From: Candidatus Saccharimonadota bacterium
GTDB lineage: Archaea > Nanohalarchaeota > Nanosalinia > Nanosalinales > Nanosalinaceae
Assembly (NCBI RefSeq): GCF_047555085.1
Contig: NZ_CP180230.1
Coordinates: 180,001-212,000 of the forward strand
Length of the DNA stretch: 32,000 nt
Direction: 5' to 3'
In this document: positions 1 through 7,282 of the stretch, in pieces
Layout of the letters: every line of letters begins with the position of its first letter
Position numbering within the stretch: position 1 is the first letter of the stretch
Translations under genes and position numbers: made by a program
The notes under the pieces: model-generated
What the model was told of the DNA's origin: nothing
The model's database searches: none
Seen by the model: only the letters and a program-made list of their open reading frames with translations

Positions 1-407
1 TAGAATTGAAAGGTTTCGCAGATCTTGTTGACAGGGCGAGGCCTGACAAGGTTTTCATGGATCTTCCGGAGCCGAACGCAGAAAGATTTATCGGAAAAGT
101 CAAGGATCTTATGAATTACACCGGTGATATCGCCTTTGTTGCAGAGCACGGCGCAGATGATACTTTCCCTGTTGTTTCAGCGGCCTCTATAGCTGCTAAA
201 AGCGCAAGAGAAAGCCACGTCGATGAACTGAAGAAGAAGTACGGCTACGACTTCAAGTCCGGTTATCCGCACGATGAGCCGACGATCAACTTCCTGAAGA
301 ATCATATCGATGAGTACGGAGAGCTTCCAGAGGAGACAAGACTTTCATGGAGCACCGCTGAACGTATCTTGAAGGAAAGTCAGCAGAACTCTCTCGGAGA
401 TTTCTAG
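1..407 (+). CDS. rnhB: Ribonuclease HII, C-terminal ~134 codons (5' end lies outside the window)
   Basis: ORF is open to the window edge (codon phase from nt 3). DDTFPVVSAASIAAKSAR and KSGYPHD match conserved RNase HII motifs. Confidence 0.8.
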   Translation, partial: ELKGFADLVDRARPDKVFMDLPEPNAERFIGKVKDLMNYTGDIAFVAEHGADDTFPVVSAASIAAKSARESHVDELKKKYGYDFKSGYPHDEPTINFLKNHIDEYGELPEETRLSWSTAERILKESQQNSLGDF

Positions 408-452
408 AGATAAATTATAACTTGAAAAAGATAGAGGCCTGTTTCTATTTCT

Positions 453-989
453 ATGCCATCAGGAAGTTTCACAGGCTCACGTGTAGTGGTGAGAGACGAT
501 GAACACGCAGAGGAAGTACATGATGAACACTACTACGGGAAGTACAACGACGATGTACTGGAGCTTTCGATGGTAGAGGCCTATCACCTGATAGACAGGG
601 ATCTTATAGAAGTCGAGAACGATGGTGAGAAGCTTTCAAAGGATGAGGCCTTCGAGCTTTTCACTTCAAAAGATGAAGAATTCTATCACAAGTATCAGGC
701 CTACAGTGATCTACGGGAGAGAGGTTTTATCGTCAAGACAGGTTTCAAGTTTGGAGCGCATTTCCGTGTGTATCCGAGAGGTGTCAATCCGTATCAGGAA
801 GGCCCTAAGAAGCAGAAGCAGCATACTAAATGGGTTGTCCATGCTGTCCCGGAGAACGATACTTTGAGTTTTCAGGAGATGAGCCGTGCGGTACGCCTGG
901 CGAATAATATCCGTGCTACGATGTTGTGGGCGGTAGTAGATAACGAGTCAGGTGTAACTTACTACGAAGTCGATAGACTGACTCCATAG
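453..989 (+). CDS. endA: tRNA-splicing (intron) endonuclease, short homotetramer-size form
   Basis: 178 aa. YSDLRERGFIVKTGFKFGAHFRVY and HTKWVVHAV match the catalytic C-terminal domain of archaeal EndA. A T-tract follows the stop (994-999). Confidence 0.85.
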   Translation: MPSGSFTGSRVVVRDDEHAEEVHDEHYYGKYNDDVLELSMVEAYHLIDRDLIEVENDGEKLSKDEAFELFTSKDEEFYHKYQAYSDLRERGFIVKTGFKFGAHFRVYPRGVNPYQEGPKKQKQHTKWVVHAVPENDTLSFQEMSRAVRLANNIRATMLWAVVDNESGVTYYEVDRLTP

Positions 990-998
990 AAAATTTTT

Positions 999-1931
999 TC
1001 AGGCCTGGAAGAGATCGATTCTTGACGTTCTGCTGACGTTTTTCCGCATACGTTTTCCTATGATCAGGCCTATGATGAGGCCTGCGAGGTGTGCGGAGCT
1101 GGCGAATCCGCCGATCACAGGCAGTGTTGTTCCCATAAGTTTGGATGTCAGGTTCAGTACCTCGATTGCTCCGAAGGCTTTCACAGCTGTCTGAATTTTC
1201 ATAGGGATAACAAAGTACAGCAGTACTTCTGCCTGTGGATAAAGCATTGCTACTGCGCCTACTGCAGCAACTACTGCTCCTGAGGCTCCGACAGCTGGTG
1301 TCATTGTTCCTATGCCTGATGAGAATGCTGCGCCGTGCAGTAAACTGTAAATATTGCTCATCAGGACGTAGGCAAGGCTTGAGATAAGGCCTGTACCGAT
1401 GTAGAACTTCAGCATCTCTTTGCTTCCTATAGCTTTCTCCAGTATGCTTCCGAAAAAGTAAAACGTTATCATGTTGGCCATCAGGTGGAAAAGGCCTGCG
1501 TGAAGAATCATAACGGTCAGCAGACTCCATGGATGGGTAACAAGATACCCGACGGCAGGATTCAGTACAAGATTGTTGAAGTAACCGGGGACTATGAACT
1601 GCAGCATGAAAGAGAAAGATGTCAGTGCTATGATCGATAAAGTGTAATTATTTTTTAGCGTGGAAAGAATATCGTTTCCAAGGCCTGTACTTCTGCGATT
1701 CCTGTGAACTTCCTTTTTCACGTCCTGAGACTCGAATTTTTCATCGAACCATTTCTCATCAGAGGCCTCTTCTTTTTCCTCTCCCTTGTTCAGGTACTCC
1801 TCTTTCTTCCCTGAGTCAAGGCCTTCACAGTCGTGATTCTCCGGTAGACGGTGCTCCGAACAGAACTTTTCCCCGCAGTAATGGCAGGTAAAGCTCATAG
1901 TCTGCTTGCCGCATTCGGAGCACTCGGCCAT
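999..1931 (-). CDS. Rhomboid-family intramembrane serine protease with N-terminal AN1-type zinc finger
   Basis: The N-terminus CSECGK..CHYCGEKFCSEHRLPENHDC has the Cys/His spacing of an AN1 zinc finger. It is followed by multiple TM helices with HAGLFHLMANM (His) and GASGAV (GxSG Ser) rhomboid motifs. Confidence 0.8.
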   Translation of the reverse strand: MAECSECGKQTMSFTCHYCGEKFCSEHRLPENHDCEGLDSGKKEEYLNKGEEKEEASDEKWFDEKFESQDVKKEVHRNRRSTGLGNDILSTLKNNYTLSIIALTSFSFMLQFIVPGYFNNLVLNPAVGYLVTHPWSLLTVMILHAGLFHLMANMITFYFFGSILEKAIGSKEMLKFYIGTGLISSLAYVLMSNIYSLLHGAAFSSGIGTMTPAVGASGAVVAAVGAVAMLYPQAEVLLYFVIPMKIQTAVKAFGAIEVLNLTSKLMGTTLPVIGGFASSAHLAGLIIGLIIGKRMRKNVSRTSRIDLFQA

Positions 1932-1950
1932 ACAGAAGAACTACTCACGT

Positions 1951-1961
1951 ATCTTTTTATC
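1951..1961 (-). promoter_or_regulatory. TATA-like box for the rhomboid gene
   Basis: The minus strand reads GATAAAAAGAT, centred about 25 nt upstream of ATG 1931. Confidence 0.4.
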
Positions 1962-2220
1962 AATCTTCATACATCAGATCTCCAGTTATTCCCGACATAT
2001 CTCCGTCGAAACTTTCATGCCACATCTCCGCATATCCCTCCGGATCAAAGAACTGGCTCCGGCTATCATAAGTCTCGGAATAGGCCTGTGCGTACTCCGC
2101 AGCATCCTCCATGCTCGGGAAAAGATGCTCAACAGATCTTGCGATACTCATAACATCTTCATCGTACCGCATGTCAACAAGGCCTTGCTCTATACTTTCT
2201 ATCTCATCCTGGATAGACAT
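1960..2220 (-). CDS. Hypothetical small acidic protein (86 aa)
   Basis: Only ORF filling this gap. Composition (D/E-rich) matches the neighbouring proteome, and an AT-rich TATA-like block lies about 30 nt upstream. No family recognised. Confidence 0.45.
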   Translation of the reverse strand: MSIQDEIESIEQGLVDMRYDEDVMSIARSVEHLFPSMEDAAEYAQAYSETYDSRSQFFDPEGYAEMWHESFDGDMSGITGDLMYED

Positions 2221-2265
2221 AAAGAAAAATTTAGGCAGGCCTAAATTAAAAAGTAAAAGGTGTGA

Positions 2266-3987
2266 TCAGGCCAGATAACTGGCCAGATCCTCTACATTGA
2301 CTCTTTCCTGTTCCGTCGAGTCACGATCCCGTACTGTAACTTTCCCATCGTCTTCCAGAGTCTCGTAATCTATAGTGACACAGAAAGGTGTTCCGACTTC
2401 GTCCTGCCTCCTGTAACGTTTTCCGATGTTTCCGGTATCGTCGTACTTGACAGCGAAGCCCTCACTTCTCAGTTTGTCCGCTACGTCACGTGCTTTCTCG
2501 CCGAGGCCTTCCTTGTCCATCAACGGGAAGACAGCGACTTCAGTAGGAGCTGCTTTCTCGCTCAATCGCAGGACGGTCCTCTCTTCGTCGTCTACTTCGT
2601 CTTCATCGTACGCATGGACAAGCAAAGTGTAGACTGTCCTGTCGACACCGAATGAAGGCTCTGCGACGTGAGGAACTACGTGTTCTCCTGTCTCAGTAAC
2701 TTCCTCAACTTTGAAGTTGCATTTCTCGACGGGAACGGAGTACGTCTCATCCTCGATCTCAACGAAGATCTTGTCGGCCTCAAAGGCCTCTGGCTCCTCC
2801 TCGGCGATTCTTTCCAGTTCCTGTTTTATTTCGCCTGCTTTATCGCCGAACTCCGGGCCGAGGAATCCCATGTCTGGATTGACAGTATTTTTCTCAACTG
2901 TCTTCGGCTCATCGTACTCCTTGAAGATCTGGAAGTCTTTCTCGTCTCCGGAGTGATCCCTGTGTTTCGTCAAGTCGTAGCATCCTCTGTAGGCGAATCC
3001 TGCGATCTCAAGCCAGTCCTCTTCACTTGATCCGACATCGGACTCTGCGTCCCAGCAATCAGTCGCGTAGTGAGCTCTTTCTCCTTCCTGGTGCTGTCTG
3101 AAGCGGAAACGATCCATGTCAACTCCGATCCTCTCGTACCATTTCTTGGCGATACCGAGATAGTAAGCCACCCAGTCAACTTCTACAATATTCTCCTCAA
3201 CGGCCTCTTCAACAGTCGCATAGATATATTCTCCGTCGTCTTTCTCCTGCTCGCTGACAGGATAAAGCTTCAACTCCACATCCTTCACTCTATCCAGATT
3301 CGGCTCATTTTCTTCAGGATCCACAAAGTGCTCAAGCTCGGCCTGAGTGAATTCACGAGTCCTGACAAGGCCTTTACGTGGACTTATCTCGTTCCTGTAC
3401 GCTTTTCCGATCTGAGTGATTCCGAAAGGTAACTGGCCTCTCATGTAATCCTTCAATCTTGGGAACTCGACGAATATTCCCTGAGCTGTTTCAGGCCTCA
3501 AGTATCCTGTCTGTCCTGAGCCAGGGCCTATACTTGTTTCGAACATCAAGTTGAAGTCCTCGACTTCCACATCTGAAAGATTCTCGCCACAGCTAGGACA
3601 GATAAGATCATGCTCCTTGATCAAGGCCTCTATCTGATCAGTATCGAATCCTTCCGCCTCCTCGATATCAGTGTTGCCCTCTACAAGATGATCAGCTCGC
3701 GTAGAAGTTCCACACTCCGGGCATTCAATTATCATGTCGTCGAAGCCGTCCAAGTGTCCTGAGGCCTCAAATACAGGCTCCGGCATAACTGTCGGGGCCT
3801 CTATCTCTCTGTGTCCCAGCGCCCGTGAAAATGTTTCTCTCCAGCTATTTTCGATTTTTCTCTTCAACTCGGCGCCTTCAGGTCCGTAAGTCTGGAAGCC
3901 GGAAACGCCGCCGTAGGCCTCACTGCTCTGGAAGAAAAATCCTCTTCTCTTCGACAGTTCGGCAACTTTCTCACTTAAATTCTTCAT
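2266..3987 (-). CDS. glyS: Glycyl-tRNA synthetase, archaeal/eukaryotic-type alpha2
   Basis: 573 aa. The N-terminus KRRGFFFQSSEAYGG.SGF..YGP.G and class II motifs (RPETAQG, FRNEISPR..L.R.REF.Q.E.E.F) are typical of archaeal GlyRS. Confidence 0.95.
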   Translation of the reverse strand: MKNLSEKVAELSKRRGFFFQSSEAYGGVSGFQTYGPEGAELKRKIENSWRETFSRALGHREIEAPTVMPEPVFEASGHLDGFDDMIIECPECGTSTRADHLVEGNTDIEEAEGFDTDQIEALIKEHDLICPSCGENLSDVEVEDFNLMFETSIGPGSGQTGYLRPETAQGIFVEFPRLKDYMRGQLPFGITQIGKAYRNEISPRKGLVRTREFTQAELEHFVDPEENEPNLDRVKDVELKLYPVSEQEKDDGEYIYATVEEAVEENIVEVDWVAYYLGIAKKWYERIGVDMDRFRFRQHQEGERAHYATDCWDAESDVGSSEEDWLEIAGFAYRGCYDLTKHRDHSGDEKDFQIFKEYDEPKTVEKNTVNPDMGFLGPEFGDKAGEIKQELERIAEEEPEAFEADKIFVEIEDETYSVPVEKCNFKVEEVTETGEHVVPHVAEPSFGVDRTVYTLLVHAYDEDEVDDEERTVLRLSEKAAPTEVAVFPLMDKEGLGEKARDVADKLRSEGFAVKYDDTGNIGKRYRRQDEVGTPFCVTIDYETLEDDGKVTVRDRDSTEQERVNVEDLASYLA

Positions 3988-4007
3988 AGAGAAACACCGT
4001 CACTGGA

Positions 4008-4018
4008 AATTTTTATAG
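4008..4018 (-). promoter_or_regulatory. TATA-like box for glyS (leaderless geometry)
   Basis: The minus strand reads CTATAAAAATTT, centred about 26 nt upstream of the glyS ATG (3987). Confidence 0.5.
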
Positions 4019-4045
4019 CAGAAACTCTAGAAGGTTTTAAAATCC

Positions 4046-4062
4046 GAAACTCACAGAGTTTC
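4046..4062. repeat. Perfect palindrome GAAACTC-ACA-GAGTTTC
   Basis: 7-bp arms with a 3-nt spacer, verified by reverse-complementing. It is the second of three roughly 25-26 nt units that each start with GAAACT (4021, 4046, 4072). Confidence 0.7.
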
Positions 4063-4071
4063 TGGTTGTAA

Positions 4072-4090
4072 GAAACTTCACAGAAGTTTC
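4072..4090. repeat. Perfect palindrome GAAACTTC-ACA-GAAGTTTC
   Basis: 8-bp arms with the same ACA spacer, 26 nt after the previous palindrome. A third hairpin, GAAGCA-TTCAT-TGCTTC, follows at 4095-4111. Confidence 0.7.
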
Positions 4091-4101
4091 GGGCGAAGCA
4101 T

Positions 4102-4173
4102 TCATTGCTTCTGTTTGACACAGGCTCGTGTTCGAACCTGCGTAAATCCAAAACGTCCACCCTTGGTTGACAT
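4102..4173 (-). other. Candidate micro-ORF a (23 aa): MSTKGGRFGFTQVRTRACVKQKQ
   Basis: The ATG is preceded by AGGAG with a 6-nt spacing, and a TATA-like box lies further upstream. GGT-GGA-CGT is read in frame as GGR. Three hairpins follow. No coding statistics are possible at this length. Confidence 0.25.
4153..4161 (-). repeat. GGTGGACGT core motif copy (extended GGGTGGACGTTTTGGA, 4147-4162)
   Basis: The plus strand reads TCCAAAACGTCCACCC. It lies in the glyS-pgk spacer and is oriented toward glyS. Confidence 0.8.
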
Positions 4174-4204
4174 AAAAAACTCCTCTAAAGGCCTCTTCGC
4201 CTCG

Positions 4205-4217
4205 AATTTTTTTATAG
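4205..4217. promoter_or_regulatory. Strong TATA-like element in the glyS-pgk spacer, orientation ambiguous
   Basis: AATTTTTTTATAG on plus, CTATAAAAAAATT on minus. It is 68 nt from the pgk ATG, which is too far for a leaderless pgk. It is about 38 nt upstream of the minus-strand micro-ORF ATG at 4173. Confidence 0.35.
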
Positions 4218-4284
4218 CTGTCCTCTGGAACTCAAAGAGTTAAAAACGACCACAGGTAATACATCGTAATATAGTGGTGCCGGG

Positions 4285-5448
4285 ATGAAAAGTATTGAAG
4301 ACGCTGATCTAGAGTCAACGAATGTGCTTCTGAGAACTGATCTGAATCTTCCTGTGGAGGACGGTGAACCGAGGAAGACTGTCAGATTCGAGAGATATCT
4401 TGAAACAATCGAGAAACTGAGCGGTGAGGGAGCACGTACTGTTGTGATGGCGCATCAGGGAAGGCCTGCGAGAAACGATTTCACCTCGCTGGAGAAACAT
4501 TCCGAGATGATTGCAGAGGAGCTAGGCCAGGAAGTGAACTTTGTACAGACTTTTTTCGGGCCTCAACTGGGAGATGCAGTGGCCTCGATGCAGGACGGCG
4601 ATGTAACAGTTCTTGAGAACATCCGTTTCCTGTCAGAGGAGCTTCAGAACGCTTCTCCGCAGAGGCATTCGCATGATTACTTCGTCCAGAATCTGGCACC
4701 GTACTTCGATTTATACGTCGATGATGCATTCTCCGCCGCACATCGTTCACATGCATCCATGGTAGGATTCACAGAACTCCTTGACTCGTACGCAGGACCT
4801 GTGATGCAGAAGGAGATGGAGAGCTGCAGCAAGGTCAGAAAAGAGTTCGAAAGCGGCGTACTCGTACTTGGAGGGGAGAAGCCTTCCGATATAATCGGAA
4901 TGATGGAACACATGATTGAAGAAGTGGAAAAAGTTCTTCTCGGCGGCATACCTGGCGAACTGGCTCTGAAGATCAGAGGCCTTGGATCCGGGAAGAAGAA
5001 CGACTGGATAGAGAAAAACAGCTTCGATGCCAGCGCCGACGAACTCGAGGCCCTGATGGACAGATACGGAGAAAAAATAATTTTCCCTGAAGATTTGAGA
5101 ACAGATAAAGGAGATTTTGACGCCGAAAAAGTTCCCGACGACGAGATGACATGGGATATAGGGGAGAGAACAGCGGAAAGATACGCTGAAATAATCAGAG
5201 AAGCCGATGCAGCTGTCATGAAAGGCCCTATGGGAGCCTTCGAGGATTATCCAGACGGCTCTGAGAAAATTGTGGAGGCCTTGGCGGATTCAGAAGGCTT
5301 CACTGTCCTTGGAGGAGGCCACACTTCTTCACTCGTCCAGAGATTCGGATACGGTATTGAAGATTTTTCACATGTCTCTATAGCAGGAGGAGCTTTCGTA
5401 CGCTACATGAGCGGGGAGAAACTGGCCGCAATTCAGGCACTCGAATGA
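4285..5448 (+). CDS. pgk: Phosphoglycerate kinase
   Basis: 387 aa. VLLRTDLNLPV, ENIRF and GGGHTS motifs match archaeal PGK over the full length. Confidence 0.93.
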   Translation: MKSIEDADLESTNVLLRTDLNLPVEDGEPRKTVRFERYLETIEKLSGEGARTVVMAHQGRPARNDFTSLEKHSEMIAEELGQEVNFVQTFFGPQLGDAVASMQDGDVTVLENIRFLSEELQNASPQRHSHDYFVQNLAPYFDLYVDDAFSAAHRSHASMVGFTELLDSYAGPVMQKEMESCSKVRKEFESGVLVLGGEKPSDIIGMMEHMIEEVEKVLLGGIPGELALKIRGLGSGKKNDWIEKNSFDASADELEALMDRYGEKIIFPEDLRTDKGDFDAEKVPDDEMTWDIGERTAERYAEIIREADAAVMKGPMGAFEDYPDGSEKIVEALADSEGFTVLGGGHTSSLVQRFGYGIEDFSHVSIAGGAFVRYMSGEKLAAIQALE

Positions 5449-5485
5449 TTGAAGGATTTTTGAAGTATAGGCCTAAATTTTTCCT

Positions 5486-6241
5486 ATGAAGATATACAAG
5501 AGAGGAGAAGGAGAGCCGGAGATAACAGTTGTCGGCTCCGTACACGGAGATGAACCAGCAGGAAGAGACGCTATAGAAAACTTTCTGGATGAAAACCACG
5601 AATTTCTGAGGCCTGTACAGTTCATCATAGCGAACGAAGAGGCCCTGGAAAAAGATGTCAGATTTCTGGATACCGACCTGAACAGGGTTTTTCCCGGCGA
5701 CTCTGAAAGCGAAAGCCATGAGGAACGTCTGGCTTCGGAAATCATGAGTGCTATAGAAGGCACAAAAGTTCTTGATCTGCATACCACTAGATCCTATCCC
5801 CAGCCGTTTGCAACATTCACGGATCTGAATGATACCACAAGACATATGCTGGCGGGATCAGGTGTCAAAAATGCCGTTCACTTTCCTGAACAGTCCGGAA
5901 CTCTTCACGAACAGGTCGATGGCATAGTAGTGGAGACAGGACATCAGGGAACACCGCAGGCCCGCAGAAACGCTGAAGGAGTCATCAAGAACTTCCTTGC
6001 AGCACAGGATGTACTGGATATCGACTTCGAGGAATCAGATCCGGTGATATTCCGGTACTACGAAACTGTCGAAGGCGACTGGCAGTTCCTGGCGGACAAC
6101 TTCAAGAAAGTCGAGAAAGGCGAAGTATTCGCTGAAAGAGACGGAGAAAAACTCGAGGCCTCTGAAAGCTTTTATCCCGTACTGATGTCCACAGACGGAT
6201 ACGAAGGCATGCTCGGATTCAAGGCCAGAAAGCTAGAGTAG
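5486..6241 (+). CDS. Succinylglutamate desuccinylase/aspartoacylase (AstE/AspA) family zinc hydrolase
   Basis: VVGSVHGDEPAG, DLNRVFPG and VLDLHTT are the metal-binding and signature segments of this M14-like family. Confidence 0.75.
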   Translation: MKIYKRGEGEPEITVVGSVHGDEPAGRDAIENFLDENHEFLRPVQFIIANEEALEKDVRFLDTDLNRVFPGDSESESHEERLASEIMSAIEGTKVLDLHTTRSYPQPFATFTDLNDTTRHMLAGSGVKNAVHFPEQSGTLHEQVDGIVVETGHQGTPQARRNAEGVIKNFLAAQDVLDIDFEESDPVIFRYYETVEGDWQFLADNFKKVEKGEVFAERDGEKLEASESFYPVLMSTDGYEGMLGFKARKLE

Positions 6242-6252
6242 AATGCGAAAAC

Positions 6253-6260
6253 GTTTAAAC
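6253..6260 (+). promoter_or_regulatory. TATA-like box upstream of micro-ORF b
   Basis: GTTTAAAC is centred 27 nt upstream of ATG 6283. Confidence 0.3.
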
Positions 6261-6282
6261 AGTTCAAGACAAAAAATCTGCT

Positions 6283-6324
6283 ATGGCTCAGAAAGGTGGA
6301 CGTGTTTGGAAGTTTTTCCGTTAA
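6283..6324 (+). other. Candidate micro-ORF b (13 aa): MAQKGGRVWKFFR
   Basis: The ATG is 27 nt after GTTTAAAC. GGT-GGA-CGT is read in frame as GGR. The ATG lies within the 5' arm of the 11-bp inverted repeat. Confidence 0.25.
6295..6311 (+). repeat. 17-nt exact direct repeat GGTGGACGTGTTTGGAA, copy 1
   Basis: Identical to 6535-6551. The core GGTGGACGT also occurs at 4153-4161 (-) and 31762-31770 (-). Confidence 0.85.
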
Positions 6325-6513
6325 TTCTATGAGCCATAGCTTTCTCCGCATATCTTCAGTGAAAAATTTCTCCTGGTAAACGTAATTTATTCGCTATTTC
6401 TGTATTTCAACGCCATTTTTTATCTGAAAAAAGCTTCAGCTATGCTCTATGCTATGTTAAAGGCCTCTGAAGGTTATTTAAGGTTTGATGCGTATTCTAT
6501 GTCTGTGGTTCAC

Positions 6514-6573
6514 ATGACAGAAGATTCTAATTCGGGTGGACGTGTTTGGAACTTTGCAGCTGAATCTGCATGA
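6514..6573 (+). other. Candidate micro-ORF c (19 aa): MTEDSNSGGRVWNFAAESA
   Basis: The ATG is about 35 nt after TTATTTAAGG. GGT-GGA-CGT is read in frame as GGR. It overlaps the annotated GNAT start in a different frame. Confidence 0.2.
6535..6551 (+). repeat. 17-nt exact direct repeat GGTGGACGTGTTTGGAA, copy 2 (overlaps the GNAT start region)
   Basis: Identical to 6295-6311 and 240 nt downstream of copy 1. Confidence 0.85.
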
Positions 6574-7222
6574 AAATCCAGAACTACTAGACGACGATTC
6601 TCTTGACAGACTTGTTGAAGTTGCTCAATCCGCATTTAACAAAGAAGGACAGCCTGAGAGGGAGGATGTTGTAGAACATATAGTTCCCTCAAGCACATTT
6701 ATCACTGCTGAGGCAGATGGAGATATAATAGGCTTCTCATCAACTGACAGAGTTGCTGATACTGCTTATGCAGTAGGCCTTGCTGTTCACAGCGATTACC
6801 AGAATCAGGGAATCGGTAAGCTGGCAAGAACGTATGGTGTGCTACAGGAGATGGGAGATGAAGATATTGTCTCTACCAGGACGCAGAATCCTGCTGTTCT
6901 TGGATATATGCAGGAGCTTTTCAATGCCTATCCGCGTCAAGATGAAAAAGCTCCGGAAAATGTTGGAGAGGCTCTCGAGAAGGTGGCGAGAGCTCTTGAT
7001 CCGGATGCAGATTTTGAGGATGGGGTTATGAAAGAGGCCTATCCTGAGGCGATGTACGATGAGATACCGGATCACAGGCTGAAGGAGTTCACTGATGAGC
7101 TGCTTGAATACGAGAACGGGGATGCTGTGATCGCTGCCGGAGAAGTCTCCAGGCAGGATGTAGAAGAGGCCTATGAAAGCATGGTCGATGATCGTTCGTA
7201 CGATGTCGAGGTGGTGAGGTAG
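6536..7222 (+). CDS. GNAT-family N-acetyltransferase (start codon uncertain: GTG 6536, GTG 6542 or TTG 6554)
   Basis: AVHSDYQNQGIGKLA matches the acetyl-CoA-binding Q/RxxGxG/A motif of GNAT enzymes. There is no in-frame ATG near the 5' end. Confidence 0.6.
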   Translation: MDVFGTLQLNLHENPELLDDDSLDRLVEVAQSAFNKEGQPEREDVVEHIVPSSTFITAEADGDIIGFSSTDRVADTAYAVGLAVHSDYQNQGIGKLARTYGVLQEMGDEDIVSTRTQNPAVLGYMQELFNAYPRQDEKAPENVGEALEKVARALDPDADFEDGVMKEAYPEAMYDEIPDHRLKEFTDELLEYENGDAVIAAGEVSRQDVEEAYESMVDDRSYDVEVVR

Positions 7223-7282
7223 GTTCATGAGAAAGATTCAAAACAGCTGTCAAGGAATTTCTTCAACAGGTGGAAAATTTTA

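Larger units (their letters stand above)
6280..6340. repeat. 11-bp perfect inverted repeat GCTATGGCTCA ... TGAGCCATAGC enclosing a 39-nt loop
   Basis: The arms are at 6280-6290 and 6330-6340. The loop contains the first copy of GGTGGACGTGTTTGGAA. The 5' arm contains ATG 6283. Confidence 0.7.

Noticed and set aside
916-1530. 204-aa ORF in a different frame on the same strand as the rhomboid gene
   Set aside because: It lies almost entirely inside the rhomboid CDS (999-1931). It is Arg/Ser/Cys-rich and basic, unlike the proteome. This is a typical shadow ORF.
4021-4097. Three roughly 25-26 nt GAAACT-initiated units considered as a mini CRISPR array
   Set aside because: There are only three imperfect units directly abutting one another with no spacers, and no cas genes nearby. 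The repeats are better described as tandem palindromes or hairpins.
4118-4142. GTTCGAA (T-loop-like) sequence considered as a tRNA, tRNA half or pseudogene
   Set aside because: I could not form a 5-bp T stem around a 7-nt loop on either strand, and no acceptor or anticodon arms could be built. It is most likely a chance match.
4677-5219. 180-aa ORF antisense to pgk
   Set aside because: It is a Ser-rich low-complexity antisense shadow of a strongly supported gene.
6286-6300. CAGAAAGGTGGA considered as an RNase P RNA CR-I-like element (GAGGAAAGUCC), with the spacer as an RNase P or SRP RNA gene
   Set aside because: The match is only partial. The other conserved regions I remember (CR-IV/CR-V, SRP helix 8 motifs) were not found, and the spacer is AT-rich and poorly structured outside the 11-bp stem.
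6535-6543. AGGTGGA part of the recurrent motif considered simply as a Shine-Dalgarno element
   Set aside because: It shares AGGTG with the anti-16S consensus used before internal genes here. However, no in-frame start codon of a long ORF lies at a workable 5-10 nt spacing in any of the four copies. This remains an alternative to be tested.
6295-6551. 17-nt direct repeats considered as attL/attR or target-site duplication of an integrated or mobile element
   Set aside because: The repeats enclose only 223 nt, with no integrase or transposase and no terminal inverted repeats at the repeat boundaries. The same core also occurs at two unlinked loci.
6484-6563. TGATGC ... CTGA considered as C and D boxes of a C/D-box sRNA
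   Set aside because: The C box is non-canonical, the box spacing (about 75 nt) is long, no terminal stem or C'/D' boxes are evident, and no k-turn-compatible GA pairs were found.
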